Made by a program: the position numbers and the translations under genes. Positions 1 to 9,300 of a DNA stretch of 45,117 nucleotides are shown piece by piece; within the stretch, counting starts at the first letter, position 1, and each line of letters begins with the position of its first letter. The stretch comes from Bacteriovoracaceae bacterium. GTDB taxonomy: Bacteria; Bdellovibrionota; UBA2394. The DNA lies in contig JAQBPA010000073.1 in assembly GCA_028287765.1 (NCBI GenBank), positions 1 through 45,117 of the forward strand, read 5' to 3'. The notes under the pieces were generated by a model. That model worked only from the letters and a program-made list of their open reading frames with translations, did not search any database and was not told the origin of the DNA.

Positions 1-30
1 CCATTAGAAATTGGGCGCAGATCTTCTGCG

Positions 31-1080
31 ATGGTACGATTCTCTTCTTATATCTTTGTCGGTCTTCTGCTCAGCTTCGCTGCCCGTGGGCAAACCTATG
101 TTTTAAATCCCTATCACGAAAAGAACACGCCTACTTCTATTCCGCTTTCAGAAAAAAATGAAAGACAATGGCTACAAACTTTTTATCAAAAAGTAAAAAT
201 TCAAGTTCCCTTGGATAGAATGCAGATCAAAGACGAGAATGGAGAATCGCTGGATCAAAAGATTAAACTCGCCACTCAAAATTACTTGGAATTAAATCAA
301 GCTCAAGCGCTCGACCTCACTCAAGAAGCCCTAGGACTCTTGAGCCAAAGCCCACCCTATTCCAATATCGCCAACGATTTTATCGATATTGCTGCTTTAA
401 AACTTATGATTCACTCGAGCACAAAAGGCGATGCCATCGGACTCGATGAGATTTCGGAGGAAATTCGGCCGCTTTTAAAAAAGAGGACCTTTGATGAAAA
501 GTTGCCTTTAAAAATTCAAGCTCATATTCGTGCGCTTCAAATGCCACTGACTTCAAAAATATTAAGTTTACCGATCGAGACAGATTCCAATACGAGATTT
601 TTTATTCTGGGAGAGGAAATTCGACTTCCAAAAGATTTGGAGATCGGCCGATATCTTGTTTATCTTTTAAACAAATCGAATTTGGAAGCTTATTGGCTCG
701 ACGTCGAGGTCGCTGGAAAATCGACTGCACAAAAAATCTGGAGCCGGCCCTTATGGAAGTCGATTCCGGCAAAGGAAGTTCGTGAGAGCTTAGAAGCTGC
801 AAAACCGGCGTCACTTCCTCGCGGAGGGATTTCTGTTTTGATCAAAGAAGCAAACGAAGCCAGCATACAACTCGTTTCAGATCCTTACTTTGCAAAGAAG
901 CCAGTTAAAAAAGTCGAGACCTTTAAAGATCCTTTCGAAACGGCAGCCTTAGAAAAAGACGAAACGACTCCGTCCATCTTAAAGTCACCTTGGTTTTGGC
1001 TTGGTGTGGGTGTCGTTACGGGAGGAGCAAGTTACTTTATCTACGATTCAACTCAGACAAAAATTGCACGAACGCCCTAG
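31..1080 (+). CDS. hypothetical exported protein with N-terminal signal peptide and C-terminal membrane anchor
   Basis: 349-aa ORF. The N-terminus MVRFSSYIFVGLLLSFAARGQ looks like a Sec signal. The C-terminal hydrophobic stretch WFWLGVGVVTGGASYFIY looks like an anchor. No family recognised. Confidence 0.55.
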   Translation: MVRFSSYIFVGLLLSFAARGQTYVLNPYHEKNTPTSIPLSEKNERQWLQTFYQKVKIQVPLDRMQIKDENGESLDQKIKLATQNYLELNQAQALDLTQEALGLLSQSPPYSNIANDFIDIAALKLMIHSSTKGDAIGLDEISEEIRPLLKKRTFDEKLPLKIQAHIRALQMPLTSKILSLPIETDSNTRFFILGEEIRLPKDLEIGRYLVYLLNKSNLEAYWLDVEVAGKSTAQKIWSRPLWKSIPAKEVRESLEAAKPASLPRGGISVLIKEANEASIQLVSDPYFAKKPVKKVETFKDPFETAALEKDETTPSILKSPWFWLGVGVVTGGASYFIYDSTQTKIARTP

Positions 1081-1088
1081 TACTAGTC

Positions 1089-3032
1089 TCAATAGTTAAA
1101 TTTATACCCGCGAAGAAAATTATAATAATGATTCTCGTGAAACTGTACTGAAAAGAGTCGATCAAATCCTTCGAATTGTGAGTCTTCAGAGAGAAGCATT
1201 CGTGACCAGGCGAGTTTCATAAATTCTTCCATCGAATACATTGTCCGATTTTGTCCTTGGACGACATCTCGTCTTAAGAATTTCGATACCGGCAGTCCGC
1301 GCAAATGAAATTGAAGCTCAAAAAACTGCCAGTCGTCCGCCAAAATGATATATCGAATTTTTTTCTCTTTAAGCTCCTTTTTAAAATCCCCTTCGGATTC
1401 AATATTACGAAGCTTAAATTCTAAATCAAAACTTTCGGGATGGTAAAAACTATTATCGACCGTTCCTAATCCCGTATAATACATCATCATATGGCCCATA
1501 TTGGGGCTTACCCAAATACCTTCAGACGGCGGAATTTTTCCTGCAAGCCTGTCCCAGGCTTCTTGAGGATCCATTTTTAATTTATCGAGAAAGGCTTTAC
1601 TCGTTCCCAAATCCACCGTGTCTCTCGGAGAGCCATTGGGAGCAAAGTTCGCTTCAAAAACAGGCTCCACCGTGAGTATTCCAAAGAGAAGACAGGCGAG
1701 AAGTTGGAATAAAAATGATGACGAAACAGGAACAGGTAATTTGAATTTAAAATCGTATTCACGAATGAACTCAACTATTCGATTCAAAATCCAAACTAAA
1801 AATATAATGAAAAGTCCCACCATGGTGTGACTAAATCTTTTTTGTGCAATTGCCGGCACAGACATAACTGAAAGCATTAAAAATAAAGTGCGCTCAGCCG
1901 TTGTCAATTTTTTCGGAATGAAATTCAGAATCCATGCGAGAGGAATAACGTAAATGAGATAACCAAAATTAATATGCATGAAGCTTAAAGATATTCCGTT
2001 ATACGAAGAATATATCGGAAATGCTTCCGATATATTCTGTAAGACTCCGGCTTTTCCAAAAACATAGTTAAATGCGGCGGAGAGTGGAAAGACGAGAACC
2101 GGCGGCCAGTTAACAAGATAAAGTAAAAAACAAAATCCCACGAAACCGAACAGAATGGGAATCGACCATTTTCTAAATTTGGCCACTAAAAAACTTAGAA
2201 GAGCCAAAATAACGACAAGCGAGATATGAAAGAAAGACGGATAATTATCAGCAAAGGGTCCCCCTCGGCGAGCAATACTCCAAAGAGCATAAGGAATCAG
2301 GGTCATCAAAAAAACCAGAATCACACCTGAGAAAATTTTAAAATTTTCTCGGTTTCCTAAAATAAGTCCGTAAATTCCAAAAAAAGCCGTGATGACGAAA
2401 ATACTTGATGACGAGATGCTGAGAGAATAGGTCAGAACTAAACCAAGTAAAACGGCAGAAATTTTATTCTTTTCTTCAAACGTTTTCAGCGAGAGATAAA
2501 AAATGAGAGGCGGGAAAATAGCCTCCATGATGTGATGATCGATTTGCCCAAGACAAGAAAAACGGACGAGAAGAAAATTACAGGCCGCGAAAAAGAGAGC
2601 AAACGATCTTATCGAAAAATCCTTTAAAACTCGTCCACTCGCGAGATAAATAATTGAACAACAAGCGAGTCCAATCCCAATCATCAAAATTGAAACACCA
2701 ATCTCTAAACTTCGAAATGAATTCACTCCAAATATTTTTAATGGCACGCCTAGAATGAGCAAAAAACCTTCGGGCCAATCTACCGTGCCACCAGTGGGCC
2801 AATCCATGAGTGGATCGAACACCATAATATGAGGAAAATTTGCAATAAAATGGACGAGACGTCGGAGATAATAATAACAGTCGGTATCAATGAGATTGAA
2901 ATGGCCCGTAAGCGGAACGAAAACGAAGCCTTGATTTGACATTCGAAGAACAACGGCCAAAGCCAAAAAAGAGAAGAAAATAGAAAATTGAAGAAATTTT
3001 CGGCTCACGTGGTCATACGCCCTCGAACTCAT
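1089..3032 (-). CDS. polytopic GT-C fold membrane glycosyltransferase, STT3/AglB/PglB-like; candidate pilin-modifying enzyme
   Basis: 647 aa with at least 10 hydrophobic helices followed by a soluble C-terminal domain. The first-loop motif LIDTDCYYYLRRL...DPLMDWPTGGTVDWPEGF resembles the STT3/AglB DxD loop. The C-terminal segment IWVSPNMGHMMMYYTGLGTVDNSF lines up with the WWDYG region of PglB/STT3, but the WWDYG motif is degenerate. Lies 58 nt downstream of pilA on the same strand. Confidence 0.6.
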   Translation of the reverse strand: MSSRAYDHVSRKFLQFSIFFSFLALAVVLRMSNQGFVFVPLTGHFNLIDTDCYYYLRRLVHFIANFPHIMVFDPLMDWPTGGTVDWPEGFLLILGVPLKIFGVNSFRSLEIGVSILMIGIGLACCSIIYLASGRVLKDFSIRSFALFFAACNFLLVRFSCLGQIDHHIMEAIFPPLIFYLSLKTFEEKNKISAVLLGLVLTYSLSISSSSIFVITAFFGIYGLILGNRENFKIFSGVILVFLMTLIPYALWSIARRGGPFADNYPSFFHISLVVILALLSFLVAKFRKWSIPILFGFVGFCFLLYLVNWPPVLVFPLSAAFNYVFGKAGVLQNISEAFPIYSSYNGISLSFMHINFGYLIYVIPLAWILNFIPKKLTTAERTLFLMLSVMSVPAIAQKRFSHTMVGLFIIFLVWILNRIVEFIREYDFKFKLPVPVSSSFLFQLLACLLFGILTVEPVFEANFAPNGSPRDTVDLGTSKAFLDKLKMDPQEAWDRLAGKIPPSEGIWVSPNMGHMMMYYTGLGTVDNSFYHPESFDLEFKLRNIESEGDFKKELKEKKIRYIILADDWQFFELQFHLRGLPVSKFLRRDVVQGQNRTMYSMEEFMKLAWSRMLLSEDSQFEGFDRLFSVQFHENHYYNFLRGYKFNY

Positions 3033-3090
3033 GATAAGTCCGTTTGGGCGCGCCAGTCCAAGGAAGTCTTAAAATTTTTTATTCGGCAGG

Positions 3091-3702
3091 CTAGTTCAGT
3101 TCGTTACACATGATAATCGCTGAATTATCGATGACCGAAATAATATTCGATCCTTGAGCGGCTCCCGAAAGTTTTCCGCGCGCCACAATCACATACCAAC
3201 TGCTTTGAGTTGGATCAAAAACAGTGTCGGGAATTAGATTAACAACGTTTCCAACGCAATCAAGCGCACCGCTTGCGCCAATATACGTTTTTTGATTGAG
3301 AGTCGTTCCACACGCAGTTGTAGTAGCAACTGCAGAAGCATACGAATTCGAGGCATAAATTTGATATTGAAATCGAACGTTAGCATCTGGACGTACATTC
3401 AGAACTGAAGTCTGCCAAGCAGTAGCCGCAGAACCGGTATCCCAGGATGACGGTTTACCTCCAGTTGGAACAGAGGCGGGGTTTGCCGCAGCATCAATAT
3501 AACATTTATTATTTGTATAATAACTTTCTTCAGCACTCTTAATCGCAGCAAAGGCTGAATTGACTTCATTCAAATAAGATCGCCGGACGGAGTAGATATA
3601 CTGCGGAATAGCCACGGCTGCGAGAATTCCAATAATGGCCACCGTGATCATGAGTTCAATCATCGTAAAACCAAATATATTTGATTCTTTTTTCGTTTTC
3701 AT
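3091..3702 (-). CDS. pilA: type IV major pilin (prepilin)
   Basis: Class III signal MKTKKESNIFG|FTMIELMITVAIIGILAAVAIPQY with Glu at +5. Four Cys in the globular domain. Last gene of the pilB-T-C-S-R-A cluster. Confidence 0.9.
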   Translation of the reverse strand: MKTKKESNIFGFTMIELMITVAIIGILAAVAIPQYIYSVRRSYLNEVNSAFAAIKSAEESYYTNNKCYIDAAANPASVPTGGKPSSWDTGSAATAWQTSVLNVRPDANVRFQYQIYASNSYASAVATTTACGTTLNQKTYIGASGALDCVGNVVNLIPDTVFDPTQSSWYVIVARGKLSGAAQGSNIISVIDNSAIIMCNELN

Positions 3703-5201
3703 TATCGACTGCCCTTCTCCGCCCCGGTTGTTTTTGTCAGCGTATTTAAATTCTGTCGCGATCCAGACTCAGATGCTTCGTCCATTCCTATCAATGTGTC
3801 GTCTTCATCGTCGTAACCTCCAATGCCATGTTTTTTGAGTCGGTATCGCATTGACCTGGAAGAAATTCCTAAAAGACGTGCGGCTCGTGAGCGAGAACCA
3901 TGCGATCTTTCAAGTGCCTTCAAGAGCCACTCCTTCTCAAACGAATCAACCAGTACGTCTAGTGCAAGTTGGCCCTGTTGAAACTTTTGATCAGCTTCTT
4001 GAAGAGAAAATTTGGGAGCGTTCTGTTCAGGGTGAAGAACATTTCCTGGAAGAGAATCGGGTTGAACGGCCTGACCCGTTTCCAAAGCAACGCTTCGTTC
4101 AATAATATTTTCGAGTTCGCGAACATTTCCATAGTACGTATAGGCCATCAAGAGGTCCATCGCCTCCTTGCTGATTCGTCGAATATCTTTCGCCGTTTCT
4201 TTGGCATACTTTCTTAAGAAATGTTCAGCAAGTAGTGGAATATCTTGCTTACGGTCTCGAAGAGGCGGAAGTGGAATTTGAATAACGTTCAATCGATAAA
4301 AAAGATCTTCTCGAAAATTACCTTTTTTAACTTCTTCTTCTAAATTTCTGTTTGTGGCGGCAATCAAACGAACATCCACTTCAATACTTTCGGTTCCACC
4401 CACTCGATGAAAACTTCTCTCTTGAATAACACGAAGAAGTTTCACCTGCATGGGAAGCGGAAGCTCTCCAATCTCATCCAGAAAAATACTGCCTTTATTC
4501 GCAGCTTCAAACAGACCGGGTTTTGTAGCCGTAGCTCCAGTAAAAGAACCCTTCTCATGTCCGAAGAGTTCGCTCTCGATCAAAGTTTCGGGAATGGCTC
4601 CGCAGTTTACCGTCACGATCGGACCGTCTTTTCGCGGAGAGTTGAAATGAATCGCTCGAGCAACGAGTTCTTTTCCTGTGCCCGACTCTCCAACAATCAG
4701 CACGTTCGTTCGAGTCGGAGAAATTTTCTTTAAGAGTTGAAAAACAGTTGCAATGGCTTCGCTTTCTCCGAGAAGACTTGCAAAATCGTATTTGTCTCGA
4801 AGTTCAGATTTAAGAGCATGATTTTCGGCCACAATATTTTTAGTCATCAGAGCCTTTTTCAAAATGACTTTAATTTCCTCAATTTTAAAAGGCTTACTCA
4901 GATAATCGAAAGCCCCTGCCTTCATCGCTTCGACTGCGGTATCAGTCGTTGCAAAAGCAGTAATCATAATCACAGGAACATCCGTAAGAAATTTTTTCGA
5001 TTCTCGAAGGAGCGTCATCCCGTCGCCGTTCTTCATTTGAAGATCTGTGATGATTAAATCGAAAGTCTGTTCACGAATGAGCCGAAGCGCATCTTTGCCA
5101 TCCAAAGCAGTCACAACGTCATAACCCTCTTTTGAAAGTAGAATTTCAAAAAATTCTCTGACGCTGAGCTCGTCATCCACAACTAATATTCGTGCATTCA
5201 T
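3702..5201 (-). CDS. pilR: sigma-54-dependent two-component response regulator
   Basis: Receiver domain (ILVVDDE...DLIITDLQM), AAA+ sigma-54 activator motifs GESGTGKE and GSFTGA, and a C-terminal HTH (AARLLGISSRSMRYRLKK). Sits between pilS and pilA. Confidence 0.88.
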   Translation of the reverse strand: MNARILVVDDELSVREFFEILLSKEGYDVVTALDGKDALRLIREQTFDLIITDLQMKNGDGMTLLRESKKFLTDVPVIMITAFATTDTAVEAMKAGAFDYLSKPFKIEEIKVILKKALMTKNIVAENHALKSELRDKYDFASLLGESEAIATVFQLLKKISPTRTNVLIVGESGTGKELVARAIHFNSPRKDGPIVTVNCGAIPETLIESELFGHEKGSFTGATATKPGLFEAANKGSIFLDEIGELPLPMQVKLLRVIQERSFHRVGGTESIEVDVRLIAATNRNLEEEVKKGNFREDLFYRLNVIQIPLPPLRDRKQDIPLLAEHFLRKYAKETAKDIRRISKEAMDLLMAYTYYGNVRELENIIERSVALETGQAVQPDSLPGNVLHPEQNAPKFSLQEADQKFQQGQLALDVLVDSFEKEWLLKALERSHGSRSRAARLLGISSRSMRYRLKKHGIGGYDDEDDTLIGMDEASESGSRQNLNTLTKTTGAEKGSR

Positions 5202-5239
5202 CTTTACGTCCTTTCACACACAGATCATACAAATTCTAC

Positions 5240-6832
5240 TTAAGCCGCAGAAACAGCCGTCCCTTGTTCCAATAATTTTATCTGCGGCCCATTTTCTAAA
5301 AGCTCAAACCAAAAAATAGTCCCGACGCCTTTTTTCGACTCGACTCCGAGTCGACCATTGTGGGATTTCACCATCTGGTAGACAAGGGATAGACCCAGAC
5401 CTGAGCCAGAGATTTTGGTTGTAAAAAACGGATCAAAAATTTTCTCTTTAATCGCATCTTCCATACCTTCGCCCGTATCTTGAACAATAAAGCGAATCGT
5501 GGAGCGATTTTCATGAGTTCTCTTTTCTACAGAAATATTCACGGCACCATTTTCTGGAATGGATTGAAGGGCATTGATGAGTAAATTCCAAAAAATCTGT
5601 TTAAACTGGCGCAAATCACAAACACAAAAAATATCTTTTGGAATATTCGTATGAAGCTCGACCTTGCCAGAGCCAAACTCTTTTGTGTTTCTGGCTAAAT
5701 CGAGCACTTCTTCGATGACCTGAGAGACCGATATTCGTTCCAGTTGGAGCTCCGAAGGCCGAGCGTAATTCAAAAAACTATTCGCTAAATGATCTAGACG
5801 ATCAGTTTCACGAAGAATGATTCGCATCAGTTTTTCAAATTGCGACTCAAGCTTCAACTCTGTGCTTAACAACTGAATAGATCCGCTTAAACTTGCGAGT
5901 GGATTTCGAATTTCATGGGCTATGCCTGCTGCAAGCTGTCCCACAGAGGCAAGTTTTTCTTTCAGCGCTATTTTTTTCTCCAAATCTTTTAAATCAGTGA
6001 CATCTTGAAAAACGATCACAGATCCTCCGTCAGGAAGGAAGGTGCGGTGATGGCCAATCGATTTTTTTCCAGAATTGAATTCTATTTCAGATTCATATCG
6101 TCCATGTGCCTTTAATAAAATTTCAAGATTTGAATTTTCGAGCGATCGATTTAGGGATTTCTCCCCCACGATTCGAATCGCCGCAGGATTCATTAAGCAT
6201 ACGTTTAACTCGGAATCTAAATAAATAATGCCAGAAGGAATATGATCGACGATGGCCGAATGCAAATGACTGAGATCTTGTAGATTCGCTTCAGTTTGTT
6301 TCAAAGATCTTGCTAATTTTTCACGACTTCGAAAAAACTGAGCGACAGCGCCCCCAAAGAGCATGAGCATGCTTAAAAACAGAGTGGTTCTGCTAAAAAT
6401 TTGTAGTTCACTAAAAGAACGAAGGCCGTTTTGATAGAGAACGATCGTAACAAGGCCCCCCATGGATCCGCCGACAGCGCCGATCGAGCCTGAAGACGAT
6501 AATACTGCGGCAGCGGCAAGAATCTGAAGCGCATACAGCATAACAAAGGCAGAATAGATTCCCCCAGTAAGATAGATGAGCACACTTGTATAAAGAAGAT
6601 CCCAAAAAATTTGGGCCCAAGCCATGGGAGTGACAAACTTCTCTTTCATGAATCGAATGACAAAAAACGAAAGAGCCGAAAAACCACAGCCGCTCACCAG
6701 AAGAACGAGTAGACTCTCCGAAACAGGTTCACTGTAAAAATAGTGCAAGACCGCTCCCGATACAGCCATCGTCATAAGAAACGCTGCTCGAAAAAGCATC
6801 TGCCATTTAATTCTATTTCTAAGTTCTAACAT
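5240..6832 (-). CDS. pilS: membrane sensor histidine kinase
   Basis: Multi-helix hydrophobic N-terminus, PAS-like middle region, H-box AHEIRNPL, and ATPase boxes ([21 protein letters not shown]). Position in the pil cluster supports the call. Confidence 0.8.
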   Translation of the reverse strand: MLELRNRIKWQMLFRAAFLMTMAVSGAVLHYFYSEPVSESLLVLLVSGCGFSALSFFVIRFMKEKFVTPMAWAQIFWDLLYTSVLIYLTGGIYSAFVMLYALQILAAAAVLSSSGSIGAVGGSMGGLVTIVLYQNGLRSFSELQIFSRTTLFLSMLMLFGGAVAQFFRSREKLARSLKQTEANLQDLSHLHSAIVDHIPSGIIYLDSELNVCLMNPAAIRIVGEKSLNRSLENSNLEILLKAHGRYESEIEFNSGKKSIGHHRTFLPDGGSVIVFQDVTDLKDLEKKIALKEKLASVGQLAAGIAHEIRNPLASLSGSIQLLSTELKLESQFEKLMRIILRETDRLDHLANSFLNYARPSELQLERISVSQVIEEVLDLARNTKEFGSGKVELHTNIPKDIFCVCDLRQFKQIFWNLLINALQSIPENGAVNISVEKRTHENRSTIRFIVQDTGEGMEDAIKEKIFDPFFTTKISGSGLGLSLVYQMVKSHNGRLGVESKKGVGTIFWFELLENGPQIKLLEQGTAVSAA

Positions 6833-6867
6833 TCTGTTTCTTTCTTTTTCTTAGTCCGTTCGTCTGA

Positions 6868-8085
6868 TCAACCTGGTTTCAAATTTCCTGCCATATCGAA
6901 GATCGGCATATACATCGCGACCACAAGCCCCCCAATTAAACCTCCGAGGATCACCATCATGGCGGGCTCCATTAAACTTGTGAGGCCCTTCACTGCGGCA
7001 TCCACCTCTTCATCATAAAAATCTGCAATTTTTGAAAGCATCTGATCGAGCGCACCAGTTTGCTCTCCAACATTAATCATTTGGCAAACCATCGGCGGAA
7101 AAACATTACTCGCAGCGAGCGGCTCAGCCACTGTGCGACCTTCCGAAATACTCGTTCGTGCTCTTAACACTGCCTTTTCGACGGTTTTATTTCCGGCAGC
7201 TCTCGCGGTAATATCGAGCGCTTCTAGAATGGGAACGCCCGAAGTAATCATCGTTCCAAGCGTTCGAGTAAATCTCGCCACGGCAATTTTTCGAATAAGA
7301 GTGCCGATCACGGGAAGTTTTAAAAATAAATCATCCGTTATTTCCAAGGTTCGTGGATTTCGACGAATCCATTTCCAAAGAAAAACTGCACCCACACCCG
7401 CCATAATCAAAAACGGAAAATTATGCTGAGTCCATTTACTCAAGTTGATGACAATTTGGGTTGGAGCTGGAAGTGCATTGCCCCCAAATTCTTTGAACAT
7501 TTTTTCGAAAATGGGAATGACCCAAACAAGGAGAATGGTGACCACGCCTATAGCAACCGACATAATTGCCGTAGGATAAACCATCGCGGATTTTACTTGT
7601 CCTTTAAGCTTCATCGCTTTTTCCAAATAAACGGCGAGCCGCTGTAAGATCACATCTAAAATACCGCCGACTTCTCCAGCGGCGACAAGATTTACATAGA
7701 GAGAATCAAAAACGGTCGGATGTTTTTTGAGCGCATCGGCAAACGTGCTTCCCGATTCCACTTCAAGTTGAACCGCTTTGATCACTTTTCGAAAAGCAGG
7801 GCTTTCAGCTTGATTGCCTAAAATATCTAAACACTGAACAAGAGGAAGGCCTGCATCGATCATCGTGGCAAACTGCCGAGAAAAAATCACAATTTCTTTT
7901 GACCCAACGCCTCCTCCAAAAAGATTGAGAGCTCCCAGAGAAGAACTTTTAGCCATTTTAATTTTTTTAGGGCGAATTTGTTGGCTTCTTAGAAATTGAA
8001 GAACTTGAGCTTCATTCGGAGCTTCTTTTGTGCCCGACTTGATCTGCCCGTTTCTTGAAATTCCTTCCCATTTATAAAGACCCAT
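6868..8085 (-). CDS. pilC: type IV pilus inner-membrane platform protein (GspF family)
   Basis: 405 aa with the duplicated GspF-type architecture. Family-typical segments include FSRQFATMIDAGLPL and FTRTLGTMITSGVPILEAL. Confidence 0.92.
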   Translation of the reverse strand: MGLYKWEGISRNGQIKSGTKEAPNEAQVLQFLRSQQIRPKKIKMAKSSSLGALNLFGGGVGSKEIVIFSRQFATMIDAGLPLVQCLDILGNQAESPAFRKVIKAVQLEVESGSTFADALKKHPTVFDSLYVNLVAAGEVGGILDVILQRLAVYLEKAMKLKGQVKSAMVYPTAIMSVAIGVVTILLVWVIPIFEKMFKEFGGNALPAPTQIVINLSKWTQHNFPFLIMAGVGAVFLWKWIRRNPRTLEITDDLFLKLPVIGTLIRKIAVARFTRTLGTMITSGVPILEALDITARAAGNKTVEKAVLRARTSISEGRTVAEPLAASNVFPPMVCQMINVGEQTGALDQMLSKIADFYDEEVDAAVKGLTSLMEPAMMVILGGLIGGLVVAMYMPIFDMAGNLKPG

Positions 8086-8115
8086 AGATTTCTCCTTTAC
8101 AGAACTCTCTTCGAA

Positions 8116-9285
8116 CTACTCTCTCGATTCCCCTCGTGTAGACGTCCTTTGAATTGGACCGGCCGCTCCTCCCCCGGCAGCAATCATCGCGCGGAGTTCT
8201 TCGGGATCACTACTTGTTTGAAGCGCTTCATCCATAGCAATCACGCGCTTTAAATAAAGACTCGCCAAAGACTGATTCAAAGTCTGCATTCCGTGTTTTC
8301 CTTGGCCGATTTGCATTTGAGAATAAATTTGATGACACTTATCTTCGCGAATCAAATTTCGAACAGCCGAATTGGGAACTAAAATTTCAACCGCGAGAGC
8401 TCGACCCACTCCAGAAGCTTTTGGAATAAGTGCCTGCGAAACAACGCCCTCGAGAGTAAAAGATAATTGAGCTCGAATCTGCGCTTGTTGATGTGGAGGA
8501 AATACATCTACTAACCGGTTAATCGTTTGAACGGCAGAACTTGTATGAAGTGTTGCGAAACAAAGGTGACCTGTTTCGGCGATTGAGAGCGCGGCTTCAA
8601 TCGATTCCAAATCTCTGAGCTCGCCCACCATAACGATATCGGGATCTTGGCGAAGAACATATTTGAGAGCTTTTTTATAACTATCAGTATCCGAAAAAAC
8701 TTCTCTCTGATTAACAATACAACTTTTATGCGGATGTAAAAATTCGATCGGATCTTCGATAGTGAGAATATGCTGCTTGGTCTCGCGATTAATTTTATCA
8801 ATGATCGCTGCGAGCGTCGTTGATTTTCCAGAACCCGTTGGACCGGTCACAAGAATCAGTCCGCGCGGCTTGATGGCCATTTCAGAAATAACGGCCGGAA
8901 GACCCAATTCTTGAAAAGTAGAAATTCTAAAAGGAATTTGTCTAAACGCGCCTGAAACAACTCCACGCTGAACGAAAATATTCGCACGAAATCGAGCCAG
9001 TCCTTTCACTCCGAAAGAAAGATCGAGTTCGTTTTCTTCTTCGAATCGCGATTTTTGACCGTCCGTCAAAACACTATAGCAAAGTCGTTTGCAATCGGTC
9101 GGGCTTAAAGCTTCCATCTTAAGAGGTTGCATGACCCCGTCGATCCGAATCACTGGCGATGTTCCGGCCGTGATATGTAAATCACTGGCACCTTTATCAA
9201 GCATTGTTTTTAGTAACTGATGAAGACTGAGGCTCGGACTTTCGGCTGCAGCGTCTGTAGGATCTTGATTTCCATTTTCTTCCAT
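8116..9285 (-). CDS. pilT: twitching-motility retraction ATPase
   Basis: Walker A GPTGSGKSTT, DPDIVMVGELRD, and His box GHLCFATLHTSSA, with PilT-like overall length plus short terminal extensions. Confidence 0.92.
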   Translation of the reverse strand: MEENGNQDPTDAAAESPSLSLHQLLKTMLDKGASDLHITAGTSPVIRIDGVMQPLKMEALSPTDCKRLCYSVLTDGQKSRFEEENELDLSFGVKGLARFRANIFVQRGVVSGAFRQIPFRISTFQELGLPAVISEMAIKPRGLILVTGPTGSGKSTTLAAIIDKINRETKQHILTIEDPIEFLHPHKSCIVNQREVFSDTDSYKKALKYVLRQDPDIVMVGELRDLESIEAALSIAETGHLCFATLHTSSAVQTINRLVDVFPPHQQAQIRAQLSFTLEGVVSQALIPKASGVGRALAVEILVPNSAVRNLIREDKCHQIYSQMQIGQGKHGMQTLNQSLASLYLKRVIAMDEALQTSSDPEELRAMIAAGGGAAGPIQRTSTRGESRE

Positions 9286-9300
9286 TTTTTTAGTCCTCCC

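Noticed and set aside
3821-3836. A TGGCAT on the minus strand inside the pilR 3' end, considered as the sigma-54 -24 element for pilA.
   Set aside because: The position where the -12 TTGC should be reads GTTAC. There is no GC at the correct spacing, so it is not a credible sigma-54 promoter.
3851-5057. Several 80-108-aa plus-strand ORFs (3851..4105, 3969..4217, 4407..4733, 4450..4650, 4737..5057) antisense to pilR.
   Set aside because: They are embedded opposite a strongly conserved sigma-54 activator gene, their sequences are low-complexity and unrecognisable, and they lack Shine-Dalgarno sites. They are typical shadow ORFs.
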